Positions 17,926 to 27,649 of a stretch of 64,000 nt of DNA are shown piece after piece. Both the position numbers and the translations under genes were made by a program. The stretch is taken from the NCBI GenBank assembly GCA_964373955.1, contig CAYJXA010000001.1:108301-172300 (forward strand), read 5' to 3'. The stretch is from an uncultured Methanosarcinales archaeon (lineage in GTDB: Archaea; Nanobdellota; Nanobdellia; Woesearchaeales; GW2011-AR9). Positions within the stretch are counted from its first letter, which is position 1, and every line of letters starts with the position of its first letter. The notes under the pieces were generated by a model. That model did not search any database. It worked only from the letters and a program-made list of their open reading frames with translations, and was not told where the DNA came from.

Positions 17926-18471
17926 CTACACGCATCTGTCATCAGTTACTGAATCATCACCACCATCGGTGAAGGTACATCCTGCTGACGTACATAGATC
18001 TTTCCTTATAAGATTAGACCTGTACCCACTATAATTATATTCATCAATGCGAGGGCATTCCCTAAGTCTTCCAGTACAAAAATCATCATTTAAATCACTT
18101 GTCAGGCGTTTTCCACCGCGTGTGTCACCACCGCTAAAAGTACACCCCGCTTGAGTACAAATAGTCTCTCTAATGTCTGTTGTTGTTTCAACCATTATTC
18201 TTTCCAGGTCTGAGAACTCGTAAGCTTCAAACCCAGTAGGATCAGCAAGTATAATATGACGAATATTCATACAAAGCTGATCCGTAGCATTCTCTTCGAT
18301 TATTGAAGTTGTTTGGGTTTGAGTAGGAACACAACCTCTTGTCAACAATAGAAAAATAGCTAAAATAAGTATGACCACGAAAGCAATGCCAATAAACTTA
18401 AATTTGTGCTTATCCTCCCCTAGTGTACTTTGTCCAGTTGATAATAATTGTCCACTTTTTTGAACCGCCAT
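17926..18471 (-). CDS. Membrane-anchored secreted protein with two CT(Q/S)AGCTF..GGD repeats
   Basis: N-terminal hydrophobic anchor (FKFIGIAFVVILILAIFLLL). Duplicated Cys motif. Confidence 0.45.
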   Translation of the reverse strand: MAVQKSGQLLSTGQSTLGEDKHKFKFIGIAFVVILILAIFLLLTRGCVPTQTQTTSIIEENATDQLCMNIRHIILADPTGFEAYEFSDLERIMVETTTDIRETICTQAGCTFSGGDTRGGKRLTSDLNDDFCTGRLRECPRIDEYNYSGYRSNLIRKDLCTSAGCTFTDGGDDSVTDDRCV

Positions 18472-18606
18472 TCACTCACCTCTGTCTTGAGGAAAAGAGA
18501 AATTGATATATAAATATGTCGCCGTCTTAAAAACAAGAGGTGCCTGGTTAATTCGTAAATAAAACTGTCGATAGGTTTAAATAGAATAATTAATTCAAAA
18601 AGAACT

Positions 18607-19086
18607 ATGAAAGGGGCCAATTATTTTATCTTCACTATCTTTATTATCATACTTGCTTTAGTCAGTGGTTGTACAAAGCAGGAGATAACACCCACTACAA
18701 CCAGTTCTCCCATTATAATATCAAAAGTTTATACTAATGGATTTACTTTAGAGGAATTGGGATTAACCATAGCTTTAGATGGGGCTGTTGTCTATTATGA
18801 AAAAGCTACTGATGAGTATGGTGTTAATTTTGAACAGAATAGAAAAGAAGGAAAGATAAATAATACCCACTTAATCCAATTGATCCAATTATTTGATAGC
18901 AATTTCTTTGGCTTAGAGGGGTATTATGGTTGCGAAAATGCTCCTACAGACGCTGGTACCAATACTTTTAATTTTAAGGATGAAACAAGAGAAAAATCTG
19001 TGGGGATTTATGGTGGTTGCGAACTTCCACCTGAATTGAAATCAATAGATGAAGAATTGAATAAAATTAAGGACAGGTTAAAATAA
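18607..19086 (+). CDS. Putative lipoprotein (lipobox LVSGC)
   Basis: Signal peptide ending in the L-V-S-G-C lipobox, then a Thr/Ser-rich linker. Confidence 0.5.
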   Translation: MKGANYFIFTIFIIILALVSGCTKQEITPTTTSSPIIISKVYTNGFTLEELGLTIALDGAVVYYEKATDEYGVNFEQNRKEGKINNTHLIQLIQLFDSNFFGLEGYYGCENAPTDAGTNTFNFKDETREKSVGIYGGCELPPELKSIDEELNKIKDRLK

Positions 19087-19127
19087 TTACTTTCTTTCTG
19101 TCTCATAGAATATATAAAATCAAAAAA

Positions 19128-19319
19128 TGGCCCCACCGGGACTATCACCAAAGTACACTATTCTGCTCATGTTGCGGGATTTCCAGAGGAATATCCCGCT
19201 TGAATACGACTCGCATAGTGTAACTTGCTTTGAACCCAGGACATCTGCCTGACTTCTAGTGCTTTGTTAAGAACGCACCCGTATAAGAGCAGCGCTCCAC
19301 CAGGCTGAGCTATGGGGCC
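19128..19319 (-). tRNA. tRNA-Ile(UAU) candidate with two introns (37/38, about 31 nt; 59/60 in the T-loop, about 87 nt)
   Basis: Minus strand reads ggcccca-ta-gctc-agcctggtg-gagc-g-ctgct-cttata|intron|a-ggcag-atgtc-ctggg-ttcaaa|intron|t-cccgg-tggggcc-a. Perfect 7-bp acceptor. Classic archaeal D-arm GCUCAGCCUGG. T-tract downstream. ttttaaag box about 25 nt upstream. Confidence 0.55.
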
Positions 19320-19510
19320 ATTCCCGCAAGATACCCCTTTCTTTAAAAGACTTTCTTCTCCCAGAATAAGAAAGGAAGAACAATTTCTTCCGTTTCCTTT
19401 ATAAATAAACCCTTATTTTGCTTTTCCCCACCAGGGAATTACTACAAACTTATATAAACCCAAAAAAGAAGTCTAGGGCTAGAAATTAAATTGACCTTTC
19501 GTGAGAAAAG

Positions 19511-20371
19511 ATGAACATAAACCAAATTAAGAAGTTAATGGAACGGAAAAAGACTTCCCACAAGGGAGAAAATGGGTATGCTTTAGTGATCGGGGGATCG
19601 GAAGAATATGCGGGAGCGGTTACTTTAGCAGGCTTGGCAGCGCTGCGAGCCGGCTGTGATGCCGTTACCGTTGCTGCGCCAGAAAAAGTGGCCTGGACTA
19701 TTAACCGCTACAGCCCTGACTTAATGACATATAAAATAAAAAGCGGCGCGTTTAGCATTAAAAATGCGAAAGAAATGGTCAAGTATGCTGAGAAATTTGA
19801 TGCCGTCCTTATCGGAAATGGCATTACCCGAAAAGCAGACAAGTTTTGCCAATACTTCATCAAGAAATCGCAAAAGCCCAAAGTCATTGATGCAGATGCC
19901 TTGAAGGGGCTTTCTTTTAAGGAGTTTAATAATGCCATCCTTACCCCCCATGAAACCGAATTGGAAACAATGCTCATCAACAGCAACAAGGAATTCCTGC
20001 TTCCCAAACTAAGAGAATCGAATGCCAAAGAGAAAGCCGAGATCCTTCAGGGGAATTTGCGCTACTTTTTGCAGAATAATAATGTGCTCTTAGTTAAAGG
20101 AGCTACGGATATCATCATTTCCCGTAATAAAATCGCCTACAATAGAACTGGAAACCAAGGTATGACCAAAGCGGGTACGGGGGATGTGCTGGCGGGAATT
20201 ATTGTTGGTTTCCTGGCGAAAACGAAAGATCCTTTCAAGAGTGCAGTGGCAGGATCATACATTAATGGCTATATTGGGGATATGCTTTTGAAGAAAAAGA
20301 AAGGATATACATTTATCGCTTCTGACATCTTGGATGATTTGGGGAAGATAAGTAAAGTTCCTAAGAAATAA
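19511..20371 (+). CDS. nnrD: ADP-dependent NAD(P)H-hydrate dehydratase (YjeF C-terminal domain family)
   Basis: HKGENGYALVIGGSEEYAGA..LA..AALRAGCD.VTVA and TGNQGMTKAGTGDVLAGII motifs. Confidence 0.8.
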   Translation: MNINQIKKLMERKKTSHKGENGYALVIGGSEEYAGAVTLAGLAALRAGCDAVTVAAPEKVAWTINRYSPDLMTYKIKSGAFSIKNAKEMVKYAEKFDAVLIGNGITRKADKFCQYFIKKSQKPKVIDADALKGLSFKEFNNAILTPHETELETMLINSNKEFLLPKLRESNAKEKAEILQGNLRYFLQNNNVLLVKGATDIIISRNKIAYNRTGNQGMTKAGTGDVLAGIIVGFLAKTKDPFKSAVAGSYINGYIGDMLLKKKKGYTFIASDILDDLGKISKVPKK

Positions 20372-20441
20372 AACAGTACATTTTAGTCCTCAATAATAGT
20401 TAAAAAAGCTTAATAACGCCCCTCTTCTCTACTAGAGAATA

Positions 20442-21251
20442 ATGGAATTCCGAGTCCAACGAAAAGAAAACGAGAACATTCACCGCTATCCTACCCAAGA
20501 CTTAAAGATTGCGCAGCGTTTTGCCCAGGAATTAAAGAACGAATTGGGGGATTTCATGATTTCAGCGGTTGCCTTTGGTAGTTCTGTGCGAAGAGAAGCA
20601 ACTCCCGAAAGTGATATTGACGTTTTAATTATTAGCGATGATGCTTCATTTGTTATCAACGAGCCCCTCGTGGAAGGATATCGGATGATTGTGGAAAAGT
20701 TGATTGGGAAAATTTCAACTAAATTACATGTTACGTCCATGACCTTCACTTCTTTTTGGGAATACGCCAAAGCCGGTGATCCTGTGGTGGTTAACATCCT
20801 TCGCGATGGTATTGCTTTAATTGACATTGGTTTTTTTGATCCTTTACAACGCTTGTTAAAAATGGGCCGCATCCGCCCCAGTGAAGAGAGCGTATGGCGA
20901 TACTTTGGCCGATCGCCAAGAACTTTGCTAAACTCCCGATGGCATGTCTTGCAAGCAACACTCGACTTATACTGGGCGGTAATTGATGCTGCTCATGCCG
21001 CTTTGATGCGGAAAAATGAAATCCCTCCCACACCAGAGCATGTTGCAGATTTACTTGAAAAAGCTTACGTTAAACCAAAGCAGTTAGAGCCTAAATACGT
21101 GGAAACGATGCGTCGTTTCTACAAACTGAGCAAGATGATTACCCATCGGGAAATTAAAGAAGTGAAAGGAGAAGAATTTGAGAATTATTATCGGGAAGCG
21201 GAAGAGTTTGTCCTGCGGATGAAACGGTTAGTGGAGAAAGGAAAATTCTGA
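20442..21251 (+). CDS. Nucleotidyltransferase (Pol-beta superfamily; KNTase-like NTase plus helical C-terminal domain)
   Basis: AFGSSVRREATPESDIDVLII matches G[SG]x9-13D[DE] of minimal NTases. 269 aa with an alpha-helical C-terminal half. Confidence 0.6.
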   Translation: MEFRVQRKENENIHRYPTQDLKIAQRFAQELKNELGDFMISAVAFGSSVRREATPESDIDVLIISDDASFVINEPLVEGYRMIVEKLIGKISTKLHVTSMTFTSFWEYAKAGDPVVVNILRDGIALIDIGFFDPLQRLLKMGRIRPSEESVWRYFGRSPRTLLNSRWHVLQATLDLYWAVIDAAHAALMRKNEIPPTPEHVADLLEKAYVKPKQLEPKYVETMRRFYKLSKMITHREIKEVKGEEFENYYREAEEFVLRMKRLVEKGKF

Positions 21252-21302
21252 CGTGTTTCAAAGAAAGATTTTAATATCAAGCCATGTCTTTCTAGAGAGA
21301 AG

Positions 21303-22877
21303 ATGACACCAGTAAAATACCGGCGCCTGCACACGAAGTTGAAAAATTTTCCTTTGGCACCAGTAAAATCCATCGCCACGTCGTACAATAAAGCTTTCCA
21401 TGCTAAAATATTCACGCTGTTTGCATCGTCCGAGAGTGAGATTTACTCCTTTGCTCAGCTTTATCCAGCACATTATGACTTCTGCCTTTGTTTTATCAAC
21501 AACGACCAGGGACAATGGTATCTCGGCAACGACCAAATTGAGCGAGTTCGGAACTGGGTTTTAGAAGAAGCTCGAAAAGATTCTCCAAAAGTTTCCGAAT
21601 TATATCAGCAATGGAAGAAAAATTGGGAGAAATATCTCCAACTCTCGGCAAAATTGCAACGGATTAAACTAGAAAAACTTTCCAAGAAAAAACTCTATGC
21701 CCTCTTTGAAGAGTTCCATTGCCGTTACGTAGTAGCGGGATCAGTAGCATACATTGCCGATGCTTTTATGTCTACGGGAACAGAAGATTGGCTGGAAACG
21801 CTAATCATGCAAGAATTAACCAAGGTAGGCGTTCCAAATACGGAAAGGGCCAAAAAAGTGAGGATACTCACCTCCCCGGTTCATCTCTCGTTTACGCTGG
21901 AAGCAGAATACCAATTGCTCAAAACAGCTCATGGGATTACCGCTCGATTCGCGGGAAAAGCTCCCTCCTTAAAAACGGTACGAAAAGAAGCCCCCTATTT
22001 GGGAAAAGAATTGCAAAAATTAGAGCAGAAATTTCACTGGATCCAGAACAATTATTACAATGTGCACTACCTCACTGCTGAAGAATTTTATGATGAAATC
22101 TGCCATCTGATTCAAGAAGCGGCAAAGAACAAGACGACCATCCACCAACTTTTGAGCAGGAGGGAACAAGAATTGCAACGGGTACGGAAAGAAAAAGAAG
22201 AACTGCTGAACTCCCTGGCCTTATCTCCATTCATGAAAAATCTAGTAGAGACCGCAACTTTATTTTCCAAATGGAAAGACGTGAGAAAGAGCGGAGTGTA
22301 TATTGGAATGTATCACTATGATCGTTTTCTTGCGGAAGTAGCGCGAAGAACTGGCTATAACAAAAAGCAACTTAATTTTTTGGTCTTTGATGAAATAAAA
22401 GAGGTGCTGCTAGACAATCGAAAACGCGATGCAGACATCGCCAAGCGAGAAAAACAATGCTTCTTTGCCGTAACGACGAAGGACTATTTTATCGCTGGAG
22501 GAGAAGAGGCAAAACCCTACTTTACACTTAATGCCCCCAGTGAAAACAGGAGTGTCACAGAATTGAAAGGAGTGGTTGCGTGTATGGGTTATGCCCGTGG
22601 CCGAGTAAGGATCATTAGAAAAACCGAGGAGATGAAGCAATTTCAAACCGGAGAAATCCTGGTTACAAACCAAACCACTCCAGAGTTTGTGCCAGTGATG
22701 AAGAAAGCTGCCGCCATTATCACAGAACAGGGAGGAATTACCTCTCATGCAGCAGTAGTGGCAAGAGAATTGGGAAAACCCTGTATTATAGGCACGAAAA
22801 TTGCAACTACTGCTTTATTAAATGGGGAAGTGGTGGAGGTAGACGCCAACAATGGAGTGGTAAGACGAGAGAGATGA
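21303..22877 (+). CDS. Protein with C-terminal PEP-utilizing enzyme mobile (phosphohistidine swivel) domain; N-terminal 400 aa uncharacterised
   Basis: C-terminus ILVTNQTTPEFVPVMKKAAAIITEQGGITSHAAVVARELGKPCIIG is the PF00391-type swivel domain with catalytic His. Confidence 0.6.
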   Translation: MTPVKYRRLHTKLKNFPLAPVKSIATSYNKAFHAKIFTLFASSESEIYSFAQLYPAHYDFCLCFINNDQGQWYLGNDQIERVRNWVLEEARKDSPKVSELYQQWKKNWEKYLQLSAKLQRIKLEKLSKKKLYALFEEFHCRYVVAGSVAYIADAFMSTGTEDWLETLIMQELTKVGVPNTERAKKVRILTSPVHLSFTLEAEYQLLKTAHGITARFAGKAPSLKTVRKEAPYLGKELQKLEQKFHWIQNNYYNVHYLTAEEFYDEICHLIQEAAKNKTTIHQLLSRREQELQRVRKEKEELLNSLALSPFMKNLVETATLFSKWKDVRKSGVYIGMYHYDRFLAEVARRTGYNKKQLNFLVFDEIKEVLLDNRKRDADIAKREKQCFFAVTTKDYFIAGGEEAKPYFTLNAPSENRSVTELKGVVACMGYARGRVRIIRKTEEMKQFQTGEILVTNQTTPEFVPVMKKAAAIITEQGGITSHAAVVARELGKPCIIGTKIATTALLNGEVVEVDANNGVVRRER

Positions 22878-22923
22878 TCAAAAATCAAAAAGTTTAAGTA
22901 CAAATATCTCTTTCTAATCCTTG

Positions 22924-23724
22924 ATGAAAGAAACCATTCTCAAATATGCTCTTAAAAATGCACTAGAGTTCCAGGGCAAAGTAAATCAAAATGTGGTGCT
23001 GGGATTAGTTTTAAGAGATCATCCAGAGCTTAAAAAAGATGTTCCCAAGGTTCGGCAAGAAATTGAAAAAGTCATTCTGGAGATTGGAAAACTAACCCTT
23101 GAAGAAAAAAAAGAGAAATTAGAACACCTTGCCCCGAATTTGCTTCAATCACCACCCGAAGAAACCGCCGAAGGACCATTAAAGCCGCTTCCCAAGGCAG
23201 AGAAAGGAGCGGTAAAAGTAAGAATCGCTCCTTCACCGAGCGGAGCGCTTCATATAGGGCATGCGTATGGAGCTTCTTTAAATTACGAATATAGTAAGAT
23301 GTATCAGGGAAAACTCATCCTGCGGATTGAAGATACCAATCCCGAAAATATCTATGAGCCCGCATATAAATTAATCGAGGAAGATCTGCGATGGTTAACG
23401 GAGAATAACGTGGCGGAAGTGCAGGTGCAATCTTCTCGCTTAGGGATTTATTACGATTATGCAGAAAAATTAATTCGCGACGGAAAAGCATATGTGTGCA
23501 CCTGCAATGCGGAAGTTTGGCGGGAGATGAAAAACCATGGTAAAGCCTGCTCTTGTCGAGAACTCCCCACTAAAGAACAGCACGTACGCTATGCGAAAAT
23601 GTTTAGCGGCTATGCAGAAGGGGAGGCGGTACTACGATTAAAAACAAATATCCAAGACAAGACTCCGGCGAGGCGGGATATAGGCATTATGCGTATTGTT
23701 GATCATGTTAATCCAAAGACATGA
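22924..23724 (+). CDS. gltX: Glutamyl-tRNA synthetase, N-terminal part (HIGH region), terminated by an in-frame TGA
   Basis: VRIAPSPSGALHIGHAYGASLNYEYS...LRIEDTNPEN class I Glu/Gln-RS signature. Ends ..RIVDHVNPKT then TGA. Confidence 0.7.
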   Translation: MKETILKYALKNALEFQGKVNQNVVLGLVLRDHPELKKDVPKVRQEIEKVILEIGKLTLEEKKEKLEHLAPNLLQSPPEETAEGPLKPLPKAEKGAVKVRIAPSPSGALHIGHAYGASLNYEYSKMYQGKLILRIEDTNPENIYEPAYKLIEEDLRWLTENNVAEVQVQSSRLGIYYDYAEKLIRDGKAYVCTCNAEVWREMKNHGKACSCRELPTKEQHVRYAKMFSGYAEGEAVLRLKTNIQDKTPARRDIGIMRIVDHVNPKT

Positions 23725-23748
23725 AAGCAACAGAAACTTTGGCCTTTT

Positions 23749-24624
23749 ATGGTTTTTTCAGTTGCAGTAGATGACCATGAACTGGGGGTTACTCACGTCT
23801 TAAATGGGAAAGATCAAGCAGATAATGCCGTGAAGGAGCGCTTGATTATGGAATTTTTGGGGTGGAAAGCACCGGAGTATAAACATTGGGGCATGATTAA
23901 TTTTGAAGGGTTTATCTTAAGCACTACTCAAACCAGGAAAGCCATCGAGCAAGGAGAATACAAAGGATGGGATGATATTCGCCTACCCTTTCTTCCTGCA
24001 TTGCGTAAAAGGGGTTACCAGCCGGGAGCTTTCCGCCGTTACGCTGTAGAAATCGGACTCAGCCTAAATGACAAGACCGTAAGTAAAGAAGAATTTTGGA
24101 AAAATATTAATGCCTTCAACAAAGAGATTGTAGATCCCCTTGCAAATAGATATTTCTTTATTGACGATCCCGTAGGAATAGTCATCGAAGGTTGCCAGAA
24201 AAAAAGTGTTGAGCTGGAATTGCATCCTGATTTTCCTTCGCGGGGAAAAAGAACTTTTCTTACTGATGAGAAATTTTACATTAGCATGCACGATTTTAAA
24301 AGACTGGGAGAAGGGTATATTCACCGTTTGATGGATTGTTGCAATTTTGAATTGCGGAAAAATAAATTATATTACCTTTCACAGAGTTATGAAGAATACA
24401 AAAATGCAACGAGGAAAGGACATATCATTCATTGGTTGCCTCACGCCGCTAAGAATGTTCAGATGGAAGTGCTTCAAGAGAATGGGTTAACTACCGCCGG
24501 ATTGGGTGAGGAGCGGTTAGCACAGTTGAAGGAAGGAGAAATAGTCCAGTTGGAACGGCGTTATTTTGCGCGGGTAGTGAGGAAAGAGAAAGAGAAGGTT
24601 ATCTTTTGGTATCTGCACAAGTAA
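23749..24624 (+). CDS. gltX: Glutamyl-tRNA synthetase, C-terminal part (same reading frame as 22924..23724)
   Basis: Begins MVFSVAVDDHELGVTHVLNGKDQ. This is the conserved AVDDH..GITHV block that follows the HPRTG-DKY.VWP segment, so the TGA sits exactly where the conserved Gly is expected. Confidence 0.7.
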   Translation: MVFSVAVDDHELGVTHVLNGKDQADNAVKERLIMEFLGWKAPEYKHWGMINFEGFILSTTQTRKAIEQGEYKGWDDIRLPFLPALRKRGYQPGAFRRYAVEIGLSLNDKTVSKEEFWKNINAFNKEIVDPLANRYFFIDDPVGIVIEGCQKKSVELELHPDFPSRGKRTFLTDEKFYISMHDFKRLGEGYIHRLMDCCNFELRKNKLYYLSQSYEEYKNATRKGHIIHWLPHAAKNVQMEVLQENGLTTAGLGEERLAQLKEGEIVQLERRYFARVVRKEKEKVIFWYLHK

Positions 24625-24688
24625 AAACCATTAAATAAAATAAATAATAAATCAAATAAAGCATCAATAAAAAGGGGAGGCCATCATC

Positions 24689-25228
24689 ATGGGAAAAATT
24701 AGCCGGGACACGCCATTAGCGGAGATTACACTACGACGATATGAAAAGCCAACTGCATCAGAAAGGGAGTTAGTGCGGAAGTTCTGTCTATCCGTAGGGT
24801 TATTGCAGCCGGGAGATTCCCGGGACGTGGTTGTGGATGTCTTGCATGTCCTATTGAAAGCAAAGCAGTACCGCAACGAGTTGCATTCAGAAGAGATCAA
24901 GGATCAAGTGATTGAGGAACGGAAGAGACAGAAACTTCCCCTGCTGGGAATAGCATCTTCTAATGTGCGCAGGCAGTTGAAACGAATCAAAGACCTGCAT
25001 TTAATTGAATCCAATGCTAATTTGTATCGTGTGGCAGAATTTAACGATATCAGTGAACTTTTTGAAGAGAAGATAGAACAGTTCATTCTGAAATCAGTGG
25101 TGAGCAGAGTTAAAGAGTATGTGAAAAAAATGGATGAAGAATTTCCTCCCAAGAGGAGGTTGGAAAGACTTCAACCACAGCCATTTTCAGACGAATTGCT
25201 ACAGTTAGCGAGGGCGCATAAGCAATAA
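24689..25228 (+). CDS. Hypothetical protein (possible HTH regulator)
   Basis: RBS ggggagg upstream. 179 aa, no confident motif. Immediately followed by the PHP gene. Confidence 0.4.
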   Translation: MGKISRDTPLAEITLRRYEKPTASERELVRKFCLSVGLLQPGDSRDVVVDVLHVLLKAKQYRNELHSEEIKDQVIEERKRQKLPLLGIASSNVRRQLKRIKDLHLIESNANLYRVAEFNDISELFEEKIEQFILKSVVSRVKEYVKKMDEEFPPKRRLERLQPQPFSDELLQLARAHKQ

Positions 25229-25230
25229 TA

Positions 25231-26097
25231 ATGAAGAATTTCGTCGATTTTCATGTACACACCCATTATTCTGATGGGGAAGACTCCCCCGCAAAAGTAA
25301 TAGATCTAGCGATGGCAGCAGAATTAAAATCCATTGCTATCACCGATCATGGAACAGTGAAAGGGATTACGGAAGCAAGCGAGCATAGTCGTGGAAGAAT
25401 AGAAGTAATTCCGGGGATAGAACTGAGTTGTGATGAGCCGCTGCTCGATGTTGTAGATATCCATATCCTCGGACTTTTTATTGATCCTAGAAATAAATTT
25501 TTAGAGCGATGGATCCAGGAAGCAAAAGAAAAAAGCAAAGCTCACAAAGAAGCCATCATTAAGAAATTGAATTCTCTCGGATTTGCCATTACTTTTGCCG
25601 AAGCAGCGATGTTTACCAAAGGGGAAGTAGGACGGCCCCATATTGCCAAAGCGCTGTTAACAAAATATCCTCGTCATTTCTCAAGCGTACGGCACATTTT
25701 CGATGAATATCTCATTGAGGGAAAAAAAGCGTATGTTCCAGCAAATCATAGAACAACCATGGAACCCGTGATTCAATTAATTCATCGGGCAGGGGGCATA
25801 GCAATTCTTGCCCACCCAGGATATTTTGATAAAGCAAAGTTCAAAAAAGTAATCGCTTTATTCGTAAAACAAGGCGGTGACGGGATAGAAGCATATTATG
25901 TGTATGATAAACTTCGCTTTCCATCCAGTTCTAGCCAAATTAATCAATTTTTCCGTTCCCTTGCACAAAAGCGAGGATTAACAGTATCGGGAGGAAGCGA
26001 TTATCATGGGAGCTTTAAGCCGGTTAAGATTGGAGACGCAAAGGTTCCCTATGCTGTTCTTCCCTTTCTTCAGGAGAAAGCAGAGAGGTATAAATGA
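25231..26097 (+). CDS. PHP-domain metal-dependent phosphoesterase
   Basis: DFHVHTHYSDG...ITDHG...HPG PHP motifs. Confidence 0.75.
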   Translation: MKNFVDFHVHTHYSDGEDSPAKVIDLAMAAELKSIAITDHGTVKGITEASEHSRGRIEVIPGIELSCDEPLLDVVDIHILGLFIDPRNKFLERWIQEAKEKSKAHKEAIIKKLNSLGFAITFAEAAMFTKGEVGRPHIAKALLTKYPRHFSSVRHIFDEYLIEGKKAYVPANHRTTMEPVIQLIHRAGGIAILAHPGYFDKAKFKKVIALFVKQGGDGIEAYYVYDKLRFPSSSSQINQFFRSLAQKRGLTVSGGSDYHGSFKPVKIGDAKVPYAVLPFLQEKAERYK

Positions 26098-26167
26098 AAA
26101 TACTTTTCTTTAAGTACACACTCCAGTGCATAAAAAATTATAAATCAAGCTGTAAGAAAGAGCGCTG

Positions 26168-27595
26168 ATGGACCTAACAAAATACTTGGCACCGGATATC
26201 AAAGTCATTGCCGTTGTTGATAGTCAGTGGGGTGACACCGGCAAAGGGAAAATTGTTGATCTTCTCGCAACTGAAGTGGATGTCATTGCCAGAGGAACCG
26301 GAGGGCCAAATGCGGGGCATACGTTAGTCGTGGATGGAGAAGAGCTCGTGCTTCATGCTATCCCTATCGGGAGTAGGTACGACAGAGAAGGAAAAGTAAG
26401 CATCATTGGAAATGGTTGCGTTATTTCGCCAACCATTGTAGAAGAGATTGATTTTCTTTTACGGAAGGGTTTCACCCTTGATCATCTGATGATCAGTCAG
26501 GATACTCATGTTATTATGCCCTACCATGTTGCTCGTGATAAAGATAAAAATGCCTCACTCACGAACGGAATAGGATCAACCGGGAGAGGAGTTGGTCCCT
26601 GCTATGCTGATAAAATTGCTCGTCATGGGATTTCTGTTCGCGATTTATATGATCGAGATGCTCTTGCCAGAAAGATTACAGCAGCATTGACTCACTACCC
26701 AGAACAAAAATTGTCCGTAGATGATATCGTTGCGCAATTAACCCCGTTGGCAGAGAAAATTGCCCCTTTTGTTCGAGACACTATCCATGAATTACACCAA
26801 CTCAGAAGGCAGGGAAAAAGGATATTATTGGAAGGAGCGCAGGGATTATTGTTAAGCGTAGAATATGGAACGTATCCCTATGTAACATCTTCCGATCCGT
26901 CAGTAAATGGAACCGCAAGTGGCGTAGGTATTTCTGCAAGAGAAGTGGATTTAGTGTTGGAATTAATCAAGTTTCCATTCATGACCCGAGTCGGAGCAGG
27001 TCCTTTCCCCACGGAATTGGGAGGAAGAGCAGGAGAGGAATACTGCCAAAACCAGGAAAGAAGGAAAAAGTTCGAATTGGGGGTATATCACATTCCTTTC
27101 ACCGAAGAGGAAGGGAGAGTTAGATATAACTATGCCGATCCAAGAATTATAGAACTAATGAATTCTCCCGATCCTTTGTTAAAAGCAGCCGGTATGCGCT
27201 TAGCAGCGGGAGAATTTGGCGCCACGACTGGAAGGCCCCGACGAATTGGCTGGACGGATGCGGAAGCGGCCCGATATGCGCACTCCATCAACGAGGGGAA
27301 AGTAATCCTCACCAAAGCTGATTGTATAGTAGGAATGCGGGAATTTGCGATTGGCTACGGATACATGAGTGCCCAAGAAGGAGATGTTCCATTTACAAGA
27401 GATAGTAGTGCGCTCGCGGCATGTCAACCAAGATTAAAGGCTTATAGCGGGTATGCAGATATTCGAGACTTGACTACATATGGAGAACTTCCTCCTTCTC
27501 TAGGAACAGCTATCGCTGATTTTGAACGGTACACCGGAGCAGAAGTAATTGCTGTCTCCACCGGGCCATCAAAAGAACAAATAATCGTTAAATAA
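26168..27595 (+). CDS. purA: Adenylosuccinate synthetase
   Basis: VVDSQWGDTGKGKIVDLL...GGPNAGHTLVVDG...LHAIPIG motifs. Confidence 0.85.
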   Translation: MDLTKYLAPDIKVIAVVDSQWGDTGKGKIVDLLATEVDVIARGTGGPNAGHTLVVDGEELVLHAIPIGSRYDREGKVSIIGNGCVISPTIVEEIDFLLRKGFTLDHLMISQDTHVIMPYHVARDKDKNASLTNGIGSTGRGVGPCYADKIARHGISVRDLYDRDALARKITAALTHYPEQKLSVDDIVAQLTPLAEKIAPFVRDTIHELHQLRRQGKRILLEGAQGLLLSVEYGTYPYVTSSDPSVNGTASGVGISAREVDLVLELIKFPFMTRVGAGPFPTELGGRAGEEYCQNQERRKKFELGVYHIPFTEEEGRVRYNYADPRIIELMNSPDPLLKAAGMRLAAGEFGATTGRPRRIGWTDAEAARYAHSINEGKVILTKADCIVGMREFAIGYGYMSAQEGDVPFTRDSSALAACQPRLKAYSGYADIRDLTTYGELPPSLGTAIADFERYTGAEVIAVSTGPSKEQIIVK

Positions 27596-27649
27596 GGGTA
27601 AATAAACCCAGCGAGTAATAAAAGAGTAATAAAAACAAAGAAAGAGGTC

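Noticed and set aside
23722-23724. Genome-wide TGA recoding (TGA coding for Gly or Trp) as the explanation for the GluRS in-frame TGA
   Set aside because: The 3002-aa, 1351-aa and 887-aa ORFs contain no internal TGA, Trp is encoded by TGG throughout, and TGA is used as the stop of several genes (for example pgk). Systematic recoding is therefore unlikely.
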